Below are positions 39,679-48,971 of a DNA stretch of 64,000 nt, one piece after another. The notes under the pieces are model-generated. The model had not been told where the DNA came from, did not search any database, and worked only from the letters and a program-made list of their open reading frames with translations. The first letter of the stretch is position 1; the number at the start of each line of letters is the position of its first letter. Source of the stretch: Candidatus Latescibacterota bacterium (GTDB lineage: Bacteria > Latescibacterota > UBA2968 > GCA-2709665); NCBI GenBank assembly GCA_965248435.1, contig OZ252100.1:4640001-4704000 (forward strand). Reading direction: 5' to 3'. The translations under genes and the position numbers were made by a program.

Positions 39679-41163
39679 TCAAGAGGGTCCCGGTCGCGTT
39701 AAAGACGAAGAGTTGTAAATGAGCTGGATATAGAATCTAATGATTTCTTCGTAGTTGTGAACTGAGATGCGCTCGTCGCGGCCGTGGATCCTTTTAAGGT
39801 CCTTCCGCTCGAACCGAATCGGGAGGAATCGAAAGATGTTGGGTGTCAGCCCTGCGAAGTGTTTGGAGTCCGTGGATCCAATGAACAGAGAGGGTGCAAC
39901 AAGGACGTCAGGAAAGACCTGATGGATCGTCCGCTGAAAAATCTTGAAATTTGATGATTCGATGTTAGACGTCGCCGATGGCTCAATTCCGGTGTATTCC
40001 AGAATGCGAATCTTCACTGTTGAATCGGCGATTGTCCGGCGAGTGTGTTGAACGACTCGTCCGATGCTATTCTCAGGAAGGATCCGAAAGTTTACAACTG
40101 CCCGCGCGGTTTTGGGCAACACATTTTCCTTCACACCCGAAGAGAAGATCGTCGCCGCCATTGTGGTCTGGATGAGGGCGTTGGTCCCGGGTGAAGCAGC
40201 AAGTTGACGCTCGAGAAGCCCATCAAAGCACCAGAGGTTCGCCAATATCATCCGCTTGATGAATGGCATCTGCGGCGCCAGATGCTCGAACATCTGCTGG
40301 ACAGGTCTCGTGATTCTCGATCTGAACGGATTGCTTTCAAGATTGTGTAGGGCGGTGCTGAGGATGCTGATGGCGGTTTGCTTTGGAGGCATCGACGAAT
40401 GCCCTCCCTCGGTTTCGACTGCCAACTCCAGGCTTACGTATCCTTTCTCCGCGATGCCCACGAGTGCAACCGGCCTGGTAACACCCGGCAGGATCCCGTG
40501 AGTAATCGCGAGGCCTTCGTCGAGCACATACTCCAGTTCTACGTCCCTTGAATCTAAGAGTTCAGCGATCCGAGCGGCGCCTTCCCCTCCCCCAGTCTCC
40601 TCATCGTGGCCAAAGGCCAGGTAAATCGTGTGGCTGGGCTGGAAGTCTTTTTGTAACAGCGTTTCAACGGCTTCGAGGAGGCCCAGAACGCCGACCTTCA
40701 TATCCAGGCTGCCGCGGCCCCAGATGTAGCTCCCAGCAATGTGTCCCTCGAAGGGCGGATGTGTCCAACGAGTTTCCTTTGCGGCCTCGATCGGAACGAT
40801 ATCCGTGTGGGCATACAGAAGAATAGGGTTTTCTTCTGGCTCGCTTCCCGCCCAGGTGTAAAGAAGGCTTAGGTCTCCGATCACTTCCTTCGTCAGACTG
40901 GCGTGAACCAGCGGAAAGCTGTGTTCGAGGTACCGATACAGATTCAGGAACTCCTCACGATGAAAAATCTTCGAATCCTGGAATGAGATCGTCTTGAACT
41001 GGAGTGCGCGCGACAAACGCCTGGACATTTCGTCTCGATCGAGTGCGGCCTCGATAGGGGGATCACTTGGAAGCTGACTCGATGGAAAAACAATTGTTCT
41101 GATCAAAATCAGCGCGAGCAATACGGCCAGTCCGGAAACGATGACAAATAGCAGTAGTTTCAT
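39679..41163 (-). CDS. M20 peptidase (PM20D1/carboxypeptidase S-like)
   Basis: AHTDIVP, GRGSLDMK, GHDEE, DEG, GGHSSMPP, IHGRDE. Confidence 0.93.
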   Translation of the reverse strand: MKLLLFVIVSGLAVLLALILIRTIVFPSSQLPSDPPIEAALDRDEMSRRLSRALQFKTISFQDSKIFHREEFLNLYRYLEHSFPLVHASLTKEVIGDLSLLYTWAGSEPEENPILLYAHTDIVPIEAAKETRWTHPPFEGHIAGSYIWGRGSLDMKVGVLGLLEAVETLLQKDFQPSHTIYLAFGHDEETGGGEGAARIAELLDSRDVELEYVLDEGLAITHGILPGVTRPVALVGIAEKGYVSLELAVETEGGHSSMPPKQTAISILSTALHNLESNPFRSRITRPVQQMFEHLAPQMPFIKRMILANLWCFDGLLERQLAASPGTNALIQTTMAATIFSSGVKENVLPKTARAVVNFRILPENSIGRVVQHTRRTIADSTVKIRILEYTGIEPSATSNIESSNFKIFQRTIHQVFPDVLVAPSLFIGSTDSKHFAGLTPNIFRFLPIRFERKDLKRIHGRDERISVHNYEEIIRFYIQLIYNSSSLTRPGPS

Positions 41164-41186
41164 CGATCCACCCTCCTAGCTCAGGA

Positions 41187-41202
41187 ACTTAACACCGTTA
41201 AC
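41187..41202. promoter_or_regulatory. Putative TetR operator (internal site)
   Basis: TTAAC-ACC-GTTAA matches TTAAC-GAT-GTTAA upstream of the TetR gene. Confidence 0.5.
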
Positions 41203-41233
41203 CGTCTGAGAAAAAAATGATAAATTTCAAATC

Positions 41234-42421
41234 TCAATCAATACCAACAGCACGCCGTTTAAGTACTCCAATAACGCGGCGGATTGGTTTGTATGATTTA
41301 ACGGTCAGCGTTTCGAGATCAGAGGGGTATTGTGTCAGGAGTTCGTAACCGTCCCTGGTAACAAGAACGGTGTCGGAGTGACGCAAGCCACCAACTCCCG
41401 GCAGATAAATACCTGGCTCGATGCTGATAAGCATGTTCTCCTCCAAAACGTCATCACTGCCTTCCGCCACCCACGGACCCTCGTGATTTCCCAGCCCGAA
41501 TCCGTGACCGGTTCTGTGCAGCAGACAATCACCATACCCCTTTTCGCGAAGAAACTCGTTGGCAACAGCGTCAACCTCGGCACATCTGACGCCGTGTCGC
41601 AGGAGTGCAAACGCTCGACATCGAGCTTCTTGCATAGCGGCGAACCCGTCTTTCACATCGCCTTCAGGAGGGGAGAGAAAATAGGTTCGCTCGCATTCGG
41701 CGGCATAGCCATTTACTCGCAACAAAGCCAGCGCGATGTGAGGGCCGTCTCTCAGTCGGTCACCTATGGATGGTACTCCGTGGGGTTGCGCACTCAAAGG
41801 GGCGGGCCAGGCACCGACCAAGACGTTCGTTGTAAGAACGTCATAGTTGGTCTCTTTCAAAATCTGCATCTGAACTGGACGACTCTGTGAAAACAGTTCC
41901 AATTCGGAAACGCCGTAGTACGACGCTTCGATCACCTTTTCCACTCCCAGATCAGCATAACGTGCTGCCTTGCGCACCATCTCGATCTCATCTGGAGACT
42001 TGATCAGTCGCTGCCGCTCAACGAGAGGTAGAACTTGAGGCTTCTGGTTTGTGAGATGACTAAAGATTTCCTGGGACAGGCTTGGTTCAACGCCCAGATG
42101 CGATGCGCTGCCGACGATTTCAAGGAGTCGATCTGGCCAACCTTGGCCGATTGGTGATGGATAGTCCCAGTAGCTGTGCACCTCGCTGATATTTGGAGCG
42201 TCCTTGAGATGATCCTTTTCAAGCGCGGGCACCAGAAGTGTTGCGGCTGCGCGTGGCCGGACTGCGATGAAAAATGGCCTCTCAAATGGTCGATAGGAAA
42301 CACCTGTCAGGTAATAAATGCTCTCTTCGCTCGAGACCAGAAATGTGTCAAGGCCGTGTTCCGCAACTTTGTCCTGGAGATGTCGCATCCGGATCGAATA
42401 TTCTTGTGCGGATATACTCAT
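41234..42421 (-). CDS. Xaa-Pro peptidase family (M24/creatinase-like)
   Basis: IKSPDEI, HRTGHGFGLGNHE, SIEPGIY, RHSDTV. Confidence 0.92.
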   Translation of the reverse strand: MSISAQEYSIRMRHLQDKVAEHGLDTFLVSSEESIYYLTGVSYRPFERPFFIAVRPRAAATLLVPALEKDHLKDAPNISEVHSYWDYPSPIGQGWPDRLLEIVGSASHLGVEPSLSQEIFSHLTNQKPQVLPLVERQRLIKSPDEIEMVRKAARYADLGVEKVIEASYYGVSELELFSQSRPVQMQILKETNYDVLTTNVLVGAWPAPLSAQPHGVPSIGDRLRDGPHIALALLRVNGYAAECERTYFLSPPEGDVKDGFAAMQEARCRAFALLRHGVRCAEVDAVANEFLREKGYGDCLLHRTGHGFGLGNHEGPWVAEGSDDVLEENMLISIEPGIYLPGVGGLRHSDTVLVTRDGYELLTQYPSDLETLTVKSYKPIRRVIGVLKRRAVGID

Positions 42422-42457
42422 TTCTTCACCCCTACTCACTGCGAGGACTCGAAATCC

Positions 42458-43063
42458 CTAAACCCTGAACCCGTCGATCATTGTATCGATCACCTGGGTG
42501 ATCAGTCCGTCTTTTTCAACCCACGGAAAATCAGGATAAGTGATGAGAAGCGACGTCACGCCGTGAACGGCAGACCAGATTGCCTGGCTGGCGGTTTCGA
42601 CATCAACCTGCCGGAATCTTTTCTGCCGAATGCATTCTTTGACTACCGCGTGCAGGTAGTTGAACATTCTCTTGGCTGCCGATCCTTCCGGCAGGCCCAG
42701 ACCGGTCTGATGATGCGGACCGACAATGAACGTCAGTTTATAGTCCTCGGGATATCCAAGCCCGAAGTCTGCGTAGGCTCGGGAGCATTTTCGCAGAGTT
42801 TCGACGGGATCGCTCAGATCTTCAAATAGTGTCTGCAGCGTGTCGAGCATGTTAAGCTGAGTCTTTTCGCAAACAGAATGCAAGAGCGCAGCCTTGTCCT
42901 CGAAATAGAGGTAGATCGTCGTTGGGGAGTAGTCGATCTTCTCGGCAATCTTGCGCATCGATACGTTCTCATAACCCTCGCTCACGAACAGCTCCCGAGC
43001 GGCATCTACGATCCGCTGCCGCAATTCCACCTTTTCCCTTTCCCTGCGCTCCTGAACACTCAT
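42458..43063 (-). CDS. TetR/AcrR family regulator
   Basis: VSMRKIAEKIDYSPTTIYLYF; W--VHG C-terminal motif. Confidence 0.93.
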   Translation of the reverse strand: MSVQERREREKVELRQRIVDAARELFVSEGYENVSMRKIAEKIDYSPTTIYLYFEDKAALLHSVCEKTQLNMLDTLQTLFEDLSDPVETLRKCSRAYADFGLGYPEDYKLTFIVGPHHQTGLGLPEGSAAKRMFNYLHAVVKECIRQKRFRQVDVETASQAIWSAVHGVTSLLITYPDFPWVEKDGLITQVIDTMIDGFRV

Positions 43064-43077
43064 CACGAACCTCACTG

Positions 43078-43137
43078 AATTACGATGTAAATTAACTTAA
43101 CGATGTTAAGTATACATTGATTCGTCCCCTATGTCAA
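43078..43137 (-). promoter_or_regulatory. Sigma70 promoter with overlapping palindromic operators
   Basis: Minus strand TTGACA-17-TATACT; ACTTAAC-GAT-GTTAAGT (43095-43111) and TTAC-GAT-GTAA (43080-43090). Confidence 0.8.
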
Positions 43138-43212
43138 GTATTTTTCCTTTTCTGAATGGACGGTCCTAAGTGGTAGTATCTATAAGAAGTAACAGGATAA
43201 TGGCCTGAGCAT

Positions 43213-44736
43213 CTAAACACCCAGCAGCGGCATCGCGATCGCATACATCAGCGCGGTGATGAGCAAGATACCGATCAGGTTCAGCCAGATACCTGCCTTG
43301 CACATCTGCGGAATCGAGATATGGCCGGAACCGAAGACGATTGCATTGGGCGGGGTGGCCACTGGCAGCATAAATGCGCAGCTAGCCGCGATGGCGGCCG
43401 GGACGATGAGCAGGTAAGGGTGGATATCCAGGCCCGGAGCGATGGAGAACAGGATGGGGACCAGGGTCGCGGTGGTGGCGGTGTTGCTCGTGAGCTCGGT
43501 GAGGAAGATCATCAGGGTCGTGACGAGTAGGACGAGGAGGACTGTTGGCAGCCCCGCTAGTGTGCCTACTTGGCTGCCCAGGAACTCACCCACGCCGTTG
43601 GCCTTGATCGCAGCGGCCAGGCTCAACCCCCCGCCGAACAGGACGAGCAGGCCCCAGGGGAGCTTGACCGCGGTCTCCCAGTTCATGACAAAGACGCGTT
43701 TCTTGATGTCGATGGGGATCACGAACAGGGCCAGTGCCGCGATGATCGCGATGCCCGTGTCTGTGAGCCCTGAGAAGGGTTTCACACTGCCCCATTCGAG
43801 TGGCGTGAGGATCGGACGGGAAATCCACGCAAGGGCGGCAAGCACGGAGACGGCCAGAGTGGCCCATTCTCCCGACTTCATGGGTCCGAGCGCTCGATGG
43901 GCATCGCGCGTGACCGCAGAACCGCCCTCGATCGGTTTATTACCGATCGGATAGATCACGTGGGTCATCAGGAGCCAGACGAGGGGCAGGAACAATGCCA
44001 CGAGCGGCAGGCCGATCTGCATCCATGCCGCGAAGCTGATCTCGCGGCCGAGGTGGCTCTTGACGAAGGAGGCCAGAAAGAGGTTGGGCGGCGTTCCGAT
44101 GAGCGTTCCGATGCCGCCGATCGAGGCGGCGTAGGCGATGCCCAGGAGCAGACAGACCGCGAAGTTGGTACGCTCTCGATCGGGCGGGGCGTTCACGTCC
44201 GCTGTTTCCTCGGGGAGGACGAGGTGGATCACACTCAGCGCGATGGGCAGCATCATGACCGTGGTCGCGGTGTTTGAGACCCACATGCTGAGGATCGCCG
44301 TGACCCCCATAAACCCGCCGATCATGCGTCGCGGCTGCGTTCCAACGACCCCGAGCGCCATCAGCGCGATCCGCTTGTGCAGATCCCAACGCTGCATGGC
44401 GAGGGCGATGATGAAGCCGCCCATGAAGAGGAAGATGAGTTCGTGGCCGTAGGGCGCGGCGGCCTCGTGGATCGTGACGGCGCCGGTGGCGGGGAGCAGG
44501 GCGAGGGGCAGAAGAGCGGTGGCGTAGACGGGGATCGCTTCGGTCATCCACCAGAGGGCCATCCAGACGGCCGTCGCCGCGGTGACACGGCCCGCGTAGG
44601 AGAAGAAGACGGCCTGGCCCTGGCTGTCTGGATAGCTTGCGGGGAGCAGCAGGTAGGTCAACACGGCCAGTAGTGGACCGGCGAAGAGGCCGGTCCACTG
44701 GATGGCAGATCGAGTGAGCCAGTCAGGCACTTTCAT
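43213..44736 (-). CDS. DASS/SLC13 sodium-coupled anion symporter
   Basis: WWMTEAIP, SMWVSNTAT, GTPPN, ELTSNTAT, FMLPVATPPNA. Confidence 0.95.
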   Translation of the reverse strand: MKVPDWLTRSAIQWTGLFAGPLLAVLTYLLLPASYPDSQGQAVFFSYAGRVTAATAVWMALWWMTEAIPVYATALLPLALLPATGAVTIHEAAAPYGHELIFLFMGGFIIALAMQRWDLHKRIALMALGVVGTQPRRMIGGFMGVTAILSMWVSNTATTVMMLPIALSVIHLVLPEETADVNAPPDRERTNFAVCLLLGIAYAASIGGIGTLIGTPPNLFLASFVKSHLGREISFAAWMQIGLPLVALFLPLVWLLMTHVIYPIGNKPIEGGSAVTRDAHRALGPMKSGEWATLAVSVLAALAWISRPILTPLEWGSVKPFSGLTDTGIAIIAALALFVIPIDIKKRVFVMNWETAVKLPWGLLVLFGGGLSLAAAIKANGVGEFLGSQVGTLAGLPTVLLVLLVTTLMIFLTELTSNTATTATLVPILFSIAPGLDIHPYLLIVPAAIAASCAFMLPVATPPNAIVFGSGHISIPQMCKAGIWLNLIGILLITALMYAIAMPLLGV

Positions 44737-44863
44737 AAGGCTTAGTACTTGTGCGCAAACGCCCCGATGTCAAGGTCCTTTTTATACTTCAACGTTTTTG
44801 CGTGGACATTCGGTTCGTTTATGCCCTATTTTTCATGTGGCTTACGCATTGAAGAAACGGAAT

Positions 44864-45781
44864 ATGCGGTGTTATCGGGGTGCGATGGTTCCCTTCGTTT
44901 GCGGGCTTCTGACGGCCTTGCTTCTGTTCCCCTTTGCCTCGATACGACAAGTGCAGGCCTCAGGGCCAGATCCCGCGCGCGTCGTGAGTCGACAGACTCT
45001 CCTGGAGGCGATGCGTCGGAGCAAGGGCTACGATCCGACGGCGACGACGAACGGGGCCAGGTTTCAGGCCGAGGTATTGCTGCATCTTGTCCGGGAGGCG
45101 AAGACACAGAATCGAGAGGGCGCCCGCCTGTTCTTGGGACACGAGGACTGGTTCCGGGCGTTTCTGGAGGTGACCGGCCGGACCGAGAAAACCGCGCCAC
45201 AATACGCGCTGCTTGCTCATCGGCACGGTCAGGACACCGAGATCGACAGTCGAAGAGATCGCGTGATCCGAAATGTGAAGCAAGGTCCACGACCCGACCT
45301 AGCAGTAAACGTGGCGATCTGGTGGCCGAAAAAGAAGGGTGGGACGAATAGATATTCTTACGTGGATACCCTGTCGACACCTCACCTGAACGTGACGAAT
45401 GGTCGTGTCATTACCTATCGGCTGCTCGATTTCGGCGATATGATCGTCTACGACAGAGTGGAAGGACTCACGGGTCGTCCCACGTCCGGAATCCTGGGGT
45501 TTGTCTTCCGGATTATCGGGGAGGGTCGCGTAGTGCAGTCGCGGATGGCGATCTCGGACGATGGGCTGCAGGTCTCGCGGGCGAAAGCGAAGAAGGCGTT
45601 TATCGGGGTCACGACGACGGTGACAGTATACCCGGACGGTCGCACCGCCAAGGACGTTCCAACTGACCGTCTGGATTTGCTTGCTCTGGAAGCACGCCTC
45701 AAGCAGCCTCTGAAGATAGACTACTTTCACGTGGATCCGCCCAGTGGTGATCCAGAATCCGTGAAAAGGTGGACCGAGTAA
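44864..45781 (+). CDS. Hypothetical exported protein
   Basis: Signal-peptide-like N-terminus; 4 bp upstream of the lipid kinase gene. Confidence 0.7.
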   Translation: MRCYRGAMVPFVCGLLTALLLFPFASIRQVQASGPDPARVVSRQTLLEAMRRSKGYDPTATTNGARFQAEVLLHLVREAKTQNREGARLFLGHEDWFRAFLEVTGRTEKTAPQYALLAHRHGQDTEIDSRRDRVIRNVKQGPRPDLAVNVAIWWPKKKGGTNRYSYVDTLSTPHLNVTNGRVITYRLLDFGDMIVYDRVEGLTGRPTSGILGFVFRIIGEGRVVQSRMAISDDGLQVSRAKAKKAFIGVTTTVTVYPDGRTAKDVPTDRLDLLALEARLKQPLKIDYFHVDPPSGDPESVKRWTE

Positions 45782-45785
45782 AGGT

Positions 45786-46679
45786 ATGCCAGCCCAATTT
45801 TCGAACCTGCGCTTCATCGTGAATCCTCAAGCAGGCACTCAGCGTGGTGACATGGAGGCCGCCATCCGGAGGCTGCTCAGCCGAACTGGGGTCGGGTTCG
45901 ACATTTGCCATAGTGAATACCAGGGTCACGGGACGGAACTTGCGCGGGAGGCGGCCAACGAGGGAGCTGACCTCGTCGTCGCCGTGGGCGGAGACGGGAC
46001 GATCAACGAGGTCGGGAGAGGTCTTTTGGGCCTGGACACACCTCTCGGAATCATCCCGCTTGGTTCGGGAAACGCCCTGGCTTCGGGGTTGGGGATTCCG
46101 ATCCATCCGGCCCGAGCCTGCAGGGGGCTTCTTCGGGCAGAGGTCCGGGCGATCGATGTCGGGAAGATGGGCGAGGCCGTTTTTTTTTCGACGGCTGGGG
46201 CGGGAGTAGATGCAGAGGTATGCTGGCGGTTCAATCGGCGATCGGGACGCCGCGGCTTCCTGACTTACGCGGTTCTTTCGCTTGCCGCTTTCAAGGCCTA
46301 CAAGTCGGAGGAAGTTCGCGTTACTCTGGATGAGGGGAGAGAGCTCAGGGTACGCCCGACGGTCCTGACAGTAGCCAACTCGTCCCAGTTCGGAAATGGC
46401 GCGGTGATTGCCCCAAGGGCGCGGCCCGATGACGGGCTGCTGGACCTCTGTATCGTGGAGGACATCGGGCTGCCGCGAACGCTCTGGCACATGCGTCGGC
46501 TGTTTACCGGGACGATCGAGGACACGCCTGGCGCGCAGTATTTTCAGACCCGAGGGCTTCGAATCGAGCGAGGCAAGCCCGGAAGATTCCAGGTGGATGG
46601 CGAGTCGATGACGGGCGATGCAACGCTGGAGGTGACCGTGATGCCGAAGGCGATTCAGATTGCCATTCCTAAGCAGTAA
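45786..46679 (+). CDS. Diacylglycerol kinase family lipid kinase (YegS/BmrU-like)
   Basis: IVNPQAG, GGDGTINEV, PLGSGNALA, DDGLLD, QVDGE. Confidence 0.93.
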   Translation: MPAQFSNLRFIVNPQAGTQRGDMEAAIRRLLSRTGVGFDICHSEYQGHGTELAREAANEGADLVVAVGGDGTINEVGRGLLGLDTPLGIIPLGSGNALASGLGIPIHPARACRGLLRAEVRAIDVGKMGEAVFFSTAGAGVDAEVCWRFNRRSGRRGFLTYAVLSLAAFKAYKSEEVRVTLDEGRELRVRPTVLTVANSSQFGNGAVIAPRARPDDGLLDLCIVEDIGLPRTLWHMRRLFTGTIEDTPGAQYFQTRGLRIERGKPGRFQVDGESMTGDATLEVTVMPKAIQIAIPKQ

Positions 46680-46952
46680 TAACGTGCTGAAACCATTGTT
46701 CCTTATTCAGTTTCTGTCCGTTGTCGCCCTCTTGGGTAAGCGCGCACGAATCGACCTGCCCCAGTTCCAATGGTTGCCGATTCGAGTCGAGGGCTGAGTA
46801 GATCTCAACATTTCTCATTGTGGAGACATAATGATGCAAGACGGGGCACCAGGAACAAGCCGTGAACCCACAGGAGCTTCAAGAGTGTCGGTGCAAACGG
46901 AGGTCGAACGCTATAAAACGGAGCTGGAGCAGTTTCTGGAGGAGCGCGCACC

Positions 46953-47624
46953 ATGACGATCTTGATCGCCGATGATGACCGACTCGCACTCGAGGGACTT
47001 CAAAGCACCTTGGGCAAATGGGGGCACGAGGTTGTTGCCTGCACTGACGGTGACGAGGCCTGGAACATACTCAGCCATGAAGACGCTCCGAAACTGGCCA
47101 TCCTCGACTGGATGATGCCGGGATTGGAGGGCGTGGAAGTCTGCAGGAAAGTGCGCGAACTCGATCGCCCCCTGCAGACCTACTTGCTCCTTCTGACGGT
47201 TAAGGGAAGCGAGGAAGATATCGTGTCCGGCCTGGAGGCGGGCGCGGACGACTATGTGGTGAAGCCCTTCCGCCCAGATGAACTGTGGGCCCGCGTGAGG
47301 GCCGGTATCCGGTTTATTGAACTCCAGGAAAAGCTACTGGACGCGGAACGGGTCAGAGTCCTTGCAGAGACGGCAGGAGCGGCGGCCCACATGATCAATC
47401 AGCCACTCACTGTGATTATTGGAGTTGCCGATCTCCTGCTGATGAAGAAACTGGATGAATCCGTGAATATACAAATTGACTCCATACGCAAAGCGGGTAC
47501 GGAGATCAGCGAAATTGTAGCACAGATGAAGTCTGCTGAGCAGTATGTTACCACGCCCTATGTTAATGGCATCAACATTGTAGAGTTTGATGCATCGAAG
47601 AAGGAAGAAGGAAATGATGAATAG
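46953..47624 (+). CDS. Response regulator with degenerate HisKA-like tail
   Basis: LAILDWMMP, GADDYVVKPF, AAHMINQPLTVI; no ATPase domain. Confidence 0.9.
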   Translation: MTILIADDDRLALEGLQSTLGKWGHEVVACTDGDEAWNILSHEDAPKLAILDWMMPGLEGVEVCRKVRELDRPLQTYLLLLTVKGSEEDIVSGLEAGADDYVVKPFRPDELWARVRAGIRFIELQEKLLDAERVRVLAETAGAAAHMINQPLTVIIGVADLLLMKKLDESVNIQIDSIRKAGTEISEIVAQMKSAEQYVTTPYVNGINIVEFDASKKEEGNDE

Positions 47625-47769
47625 GAGGAATAGAAAAAAAGTGGAGTAGGGCACAAAAGCGCCCGGGCGCGCCGAAGTGTTCGATCACCGTTTCGCCCGT
47701 CGGCGTCGGCCGAGGGGCATTCTCCAACGGCACGCGATTGATGATAGAGACCAACTCTTCAGCGCAACG

Positions 47770-47809
47770 AAAAAGGAGTCAGGAAAACAAAGCTTCCTGA
47801 CTCCTTTTT
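47770..47809. terminator. 16-bp inverted repeat between convergent genes
   Basis: AAAAAGGAGTCAGGAA-N8-TTCCTGACTCCTTTTT. Confidence 0.65.
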
Positions 47810-47861
47810 CTAAATATGAGGCTGTCCTCAAAGATGCTCTAACCTCTTACTGTCCTGATCG

Positions 47862-48608
47862 TCAGTTTGGTGGTTCAGGCCCAATCTCTCTCATTCCGTT
47901 GCTCCCGTTCCCATTCCCGTTCCCGTTCTTGTGAAGGTGCAGGATCATCGCCTGATGCGACAGAAAGACGAAGGGCTCCACATCCACGATCTGACACGAG
48001 ATGTCCGAGAACTCCGAGAGGGTATCTTCAACTTCTTGGACGGAGTACAACCGGTAGTGCACACCGAACACACGATACATGAGGCGGATGAAGAGCCCCA
48101 TGTTGGTCGTTGTGGGCACGGAATAGATCGCCCGGTCCGCGTTTGAGGTCGAGAAGACCTTGAGCATGCTGGCCAGCCTGACGTGTTCCGAAACACCGAT
48201 CGCGACGATCACTTCGTAGCCGTTCTTCAACGTGAAGTTGTTGATGTCGGCTCTCTGGATCGTGACGTTCTGAACATCGGATAATTTTTTCCCCAGCTTT
48301 CTAAGCATAGCGGGAGAGAAGTCGGTCGCGATCACCTTTCGGGAGATCGAGCACAGGTGTTTCGTGTAGAATCCCGTGCCGGACCCGAGCTCGAGTACGC
48401 AATCGGACGGCCGGATTGCGGTGTGGGCGGCTTTTCGTACGGTTCGTGCTTCCCTGAACCGTTTGGTGGGTGCGGAAGAGAGGACCAGGTCCCACACCTT
48501 TGCGAGATTGTCATAAAACTTCCGGGTTGGCGTTTGCTCTAGCAAGGAGGTTTCTCCTGGTTTGAGATTCTGAACAGCTACATACGACTCGACCCATCGG
48601 GTGCTCAA
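47862..48608 (-). CDS. Class I SAM-dependent methyltransferase
   Basis: VLELGSGTG, ATDFSPAML; C-terminal NG repeat; start uncertain. Confidence 0.82.
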   Translation of the reverse strand: MSTRWVESYVAVQNLKPGETSLLEQTPTRKFYDNLAKVWDLVLSSAPTKRFREARTVRKAAHTAIRPSDCVLELGSGTGFYTKHLCSISRKVIATDFSPAMLRKLGKKLSDVQNVTIQRADINNFTLKNGYEVIVAIGVSEHVRLASMLKVFSTSNADRAIYSVPTTTNMGLFIRLMYRVFGVHYRLYSVQEVEDTLSEFSDISCQIVDVEPFVFLSHQAMILHLHKNGNGNGNGSNGMREIGPEPPN

Positions 48609-48860
48609 TTAAGAATACTAATATACATAGAGGAAAAAGGAAAACAAAAATGCTTTCCGTAGGAGAGGCCTTGGGCCCAGGAGCTCCGCGAGGATGTCCA
48701 CGATTCGACGGCTTGCCCACTCCTTCATTACGAACCGTCCGTCGCGATGGTAGAACGAGAACTCCTCCGTACCGGAACAGGCTGTGGCCCGATTGGAGGC
48801 AAGCCCTGGACGGACTCGGCAAGTCGATTTCTCTACAAGACCGTTGTGTTTTATCGGTTT

Positions 48861-48894
48861 AGACCAATTTTCCAGACGTCTGGAAAATTGGTCT
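48861..48894. repeat. Perfect 34-bp palindrome with no spacer
   Basis: AGACCAATTTTCCAGAC|GTCTGGAAAATTGGTCT. Confidence 0.85.
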
Positions 48895-48971
48895 GGAGCC
48901 ACAACTTCGCCCTTTTGAGGCTGCCGATGGACGCTGAGCGCGAGGCTGGGGAAGAGGCGGTTTCGAATCTC

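Noticed and set aside
47895-47930. NG-coding hexamer repeat as a phase-variation tract
   Set aside because: In-frame 6-bp unit at the extreme C-terminus; length change would not shift the frame.
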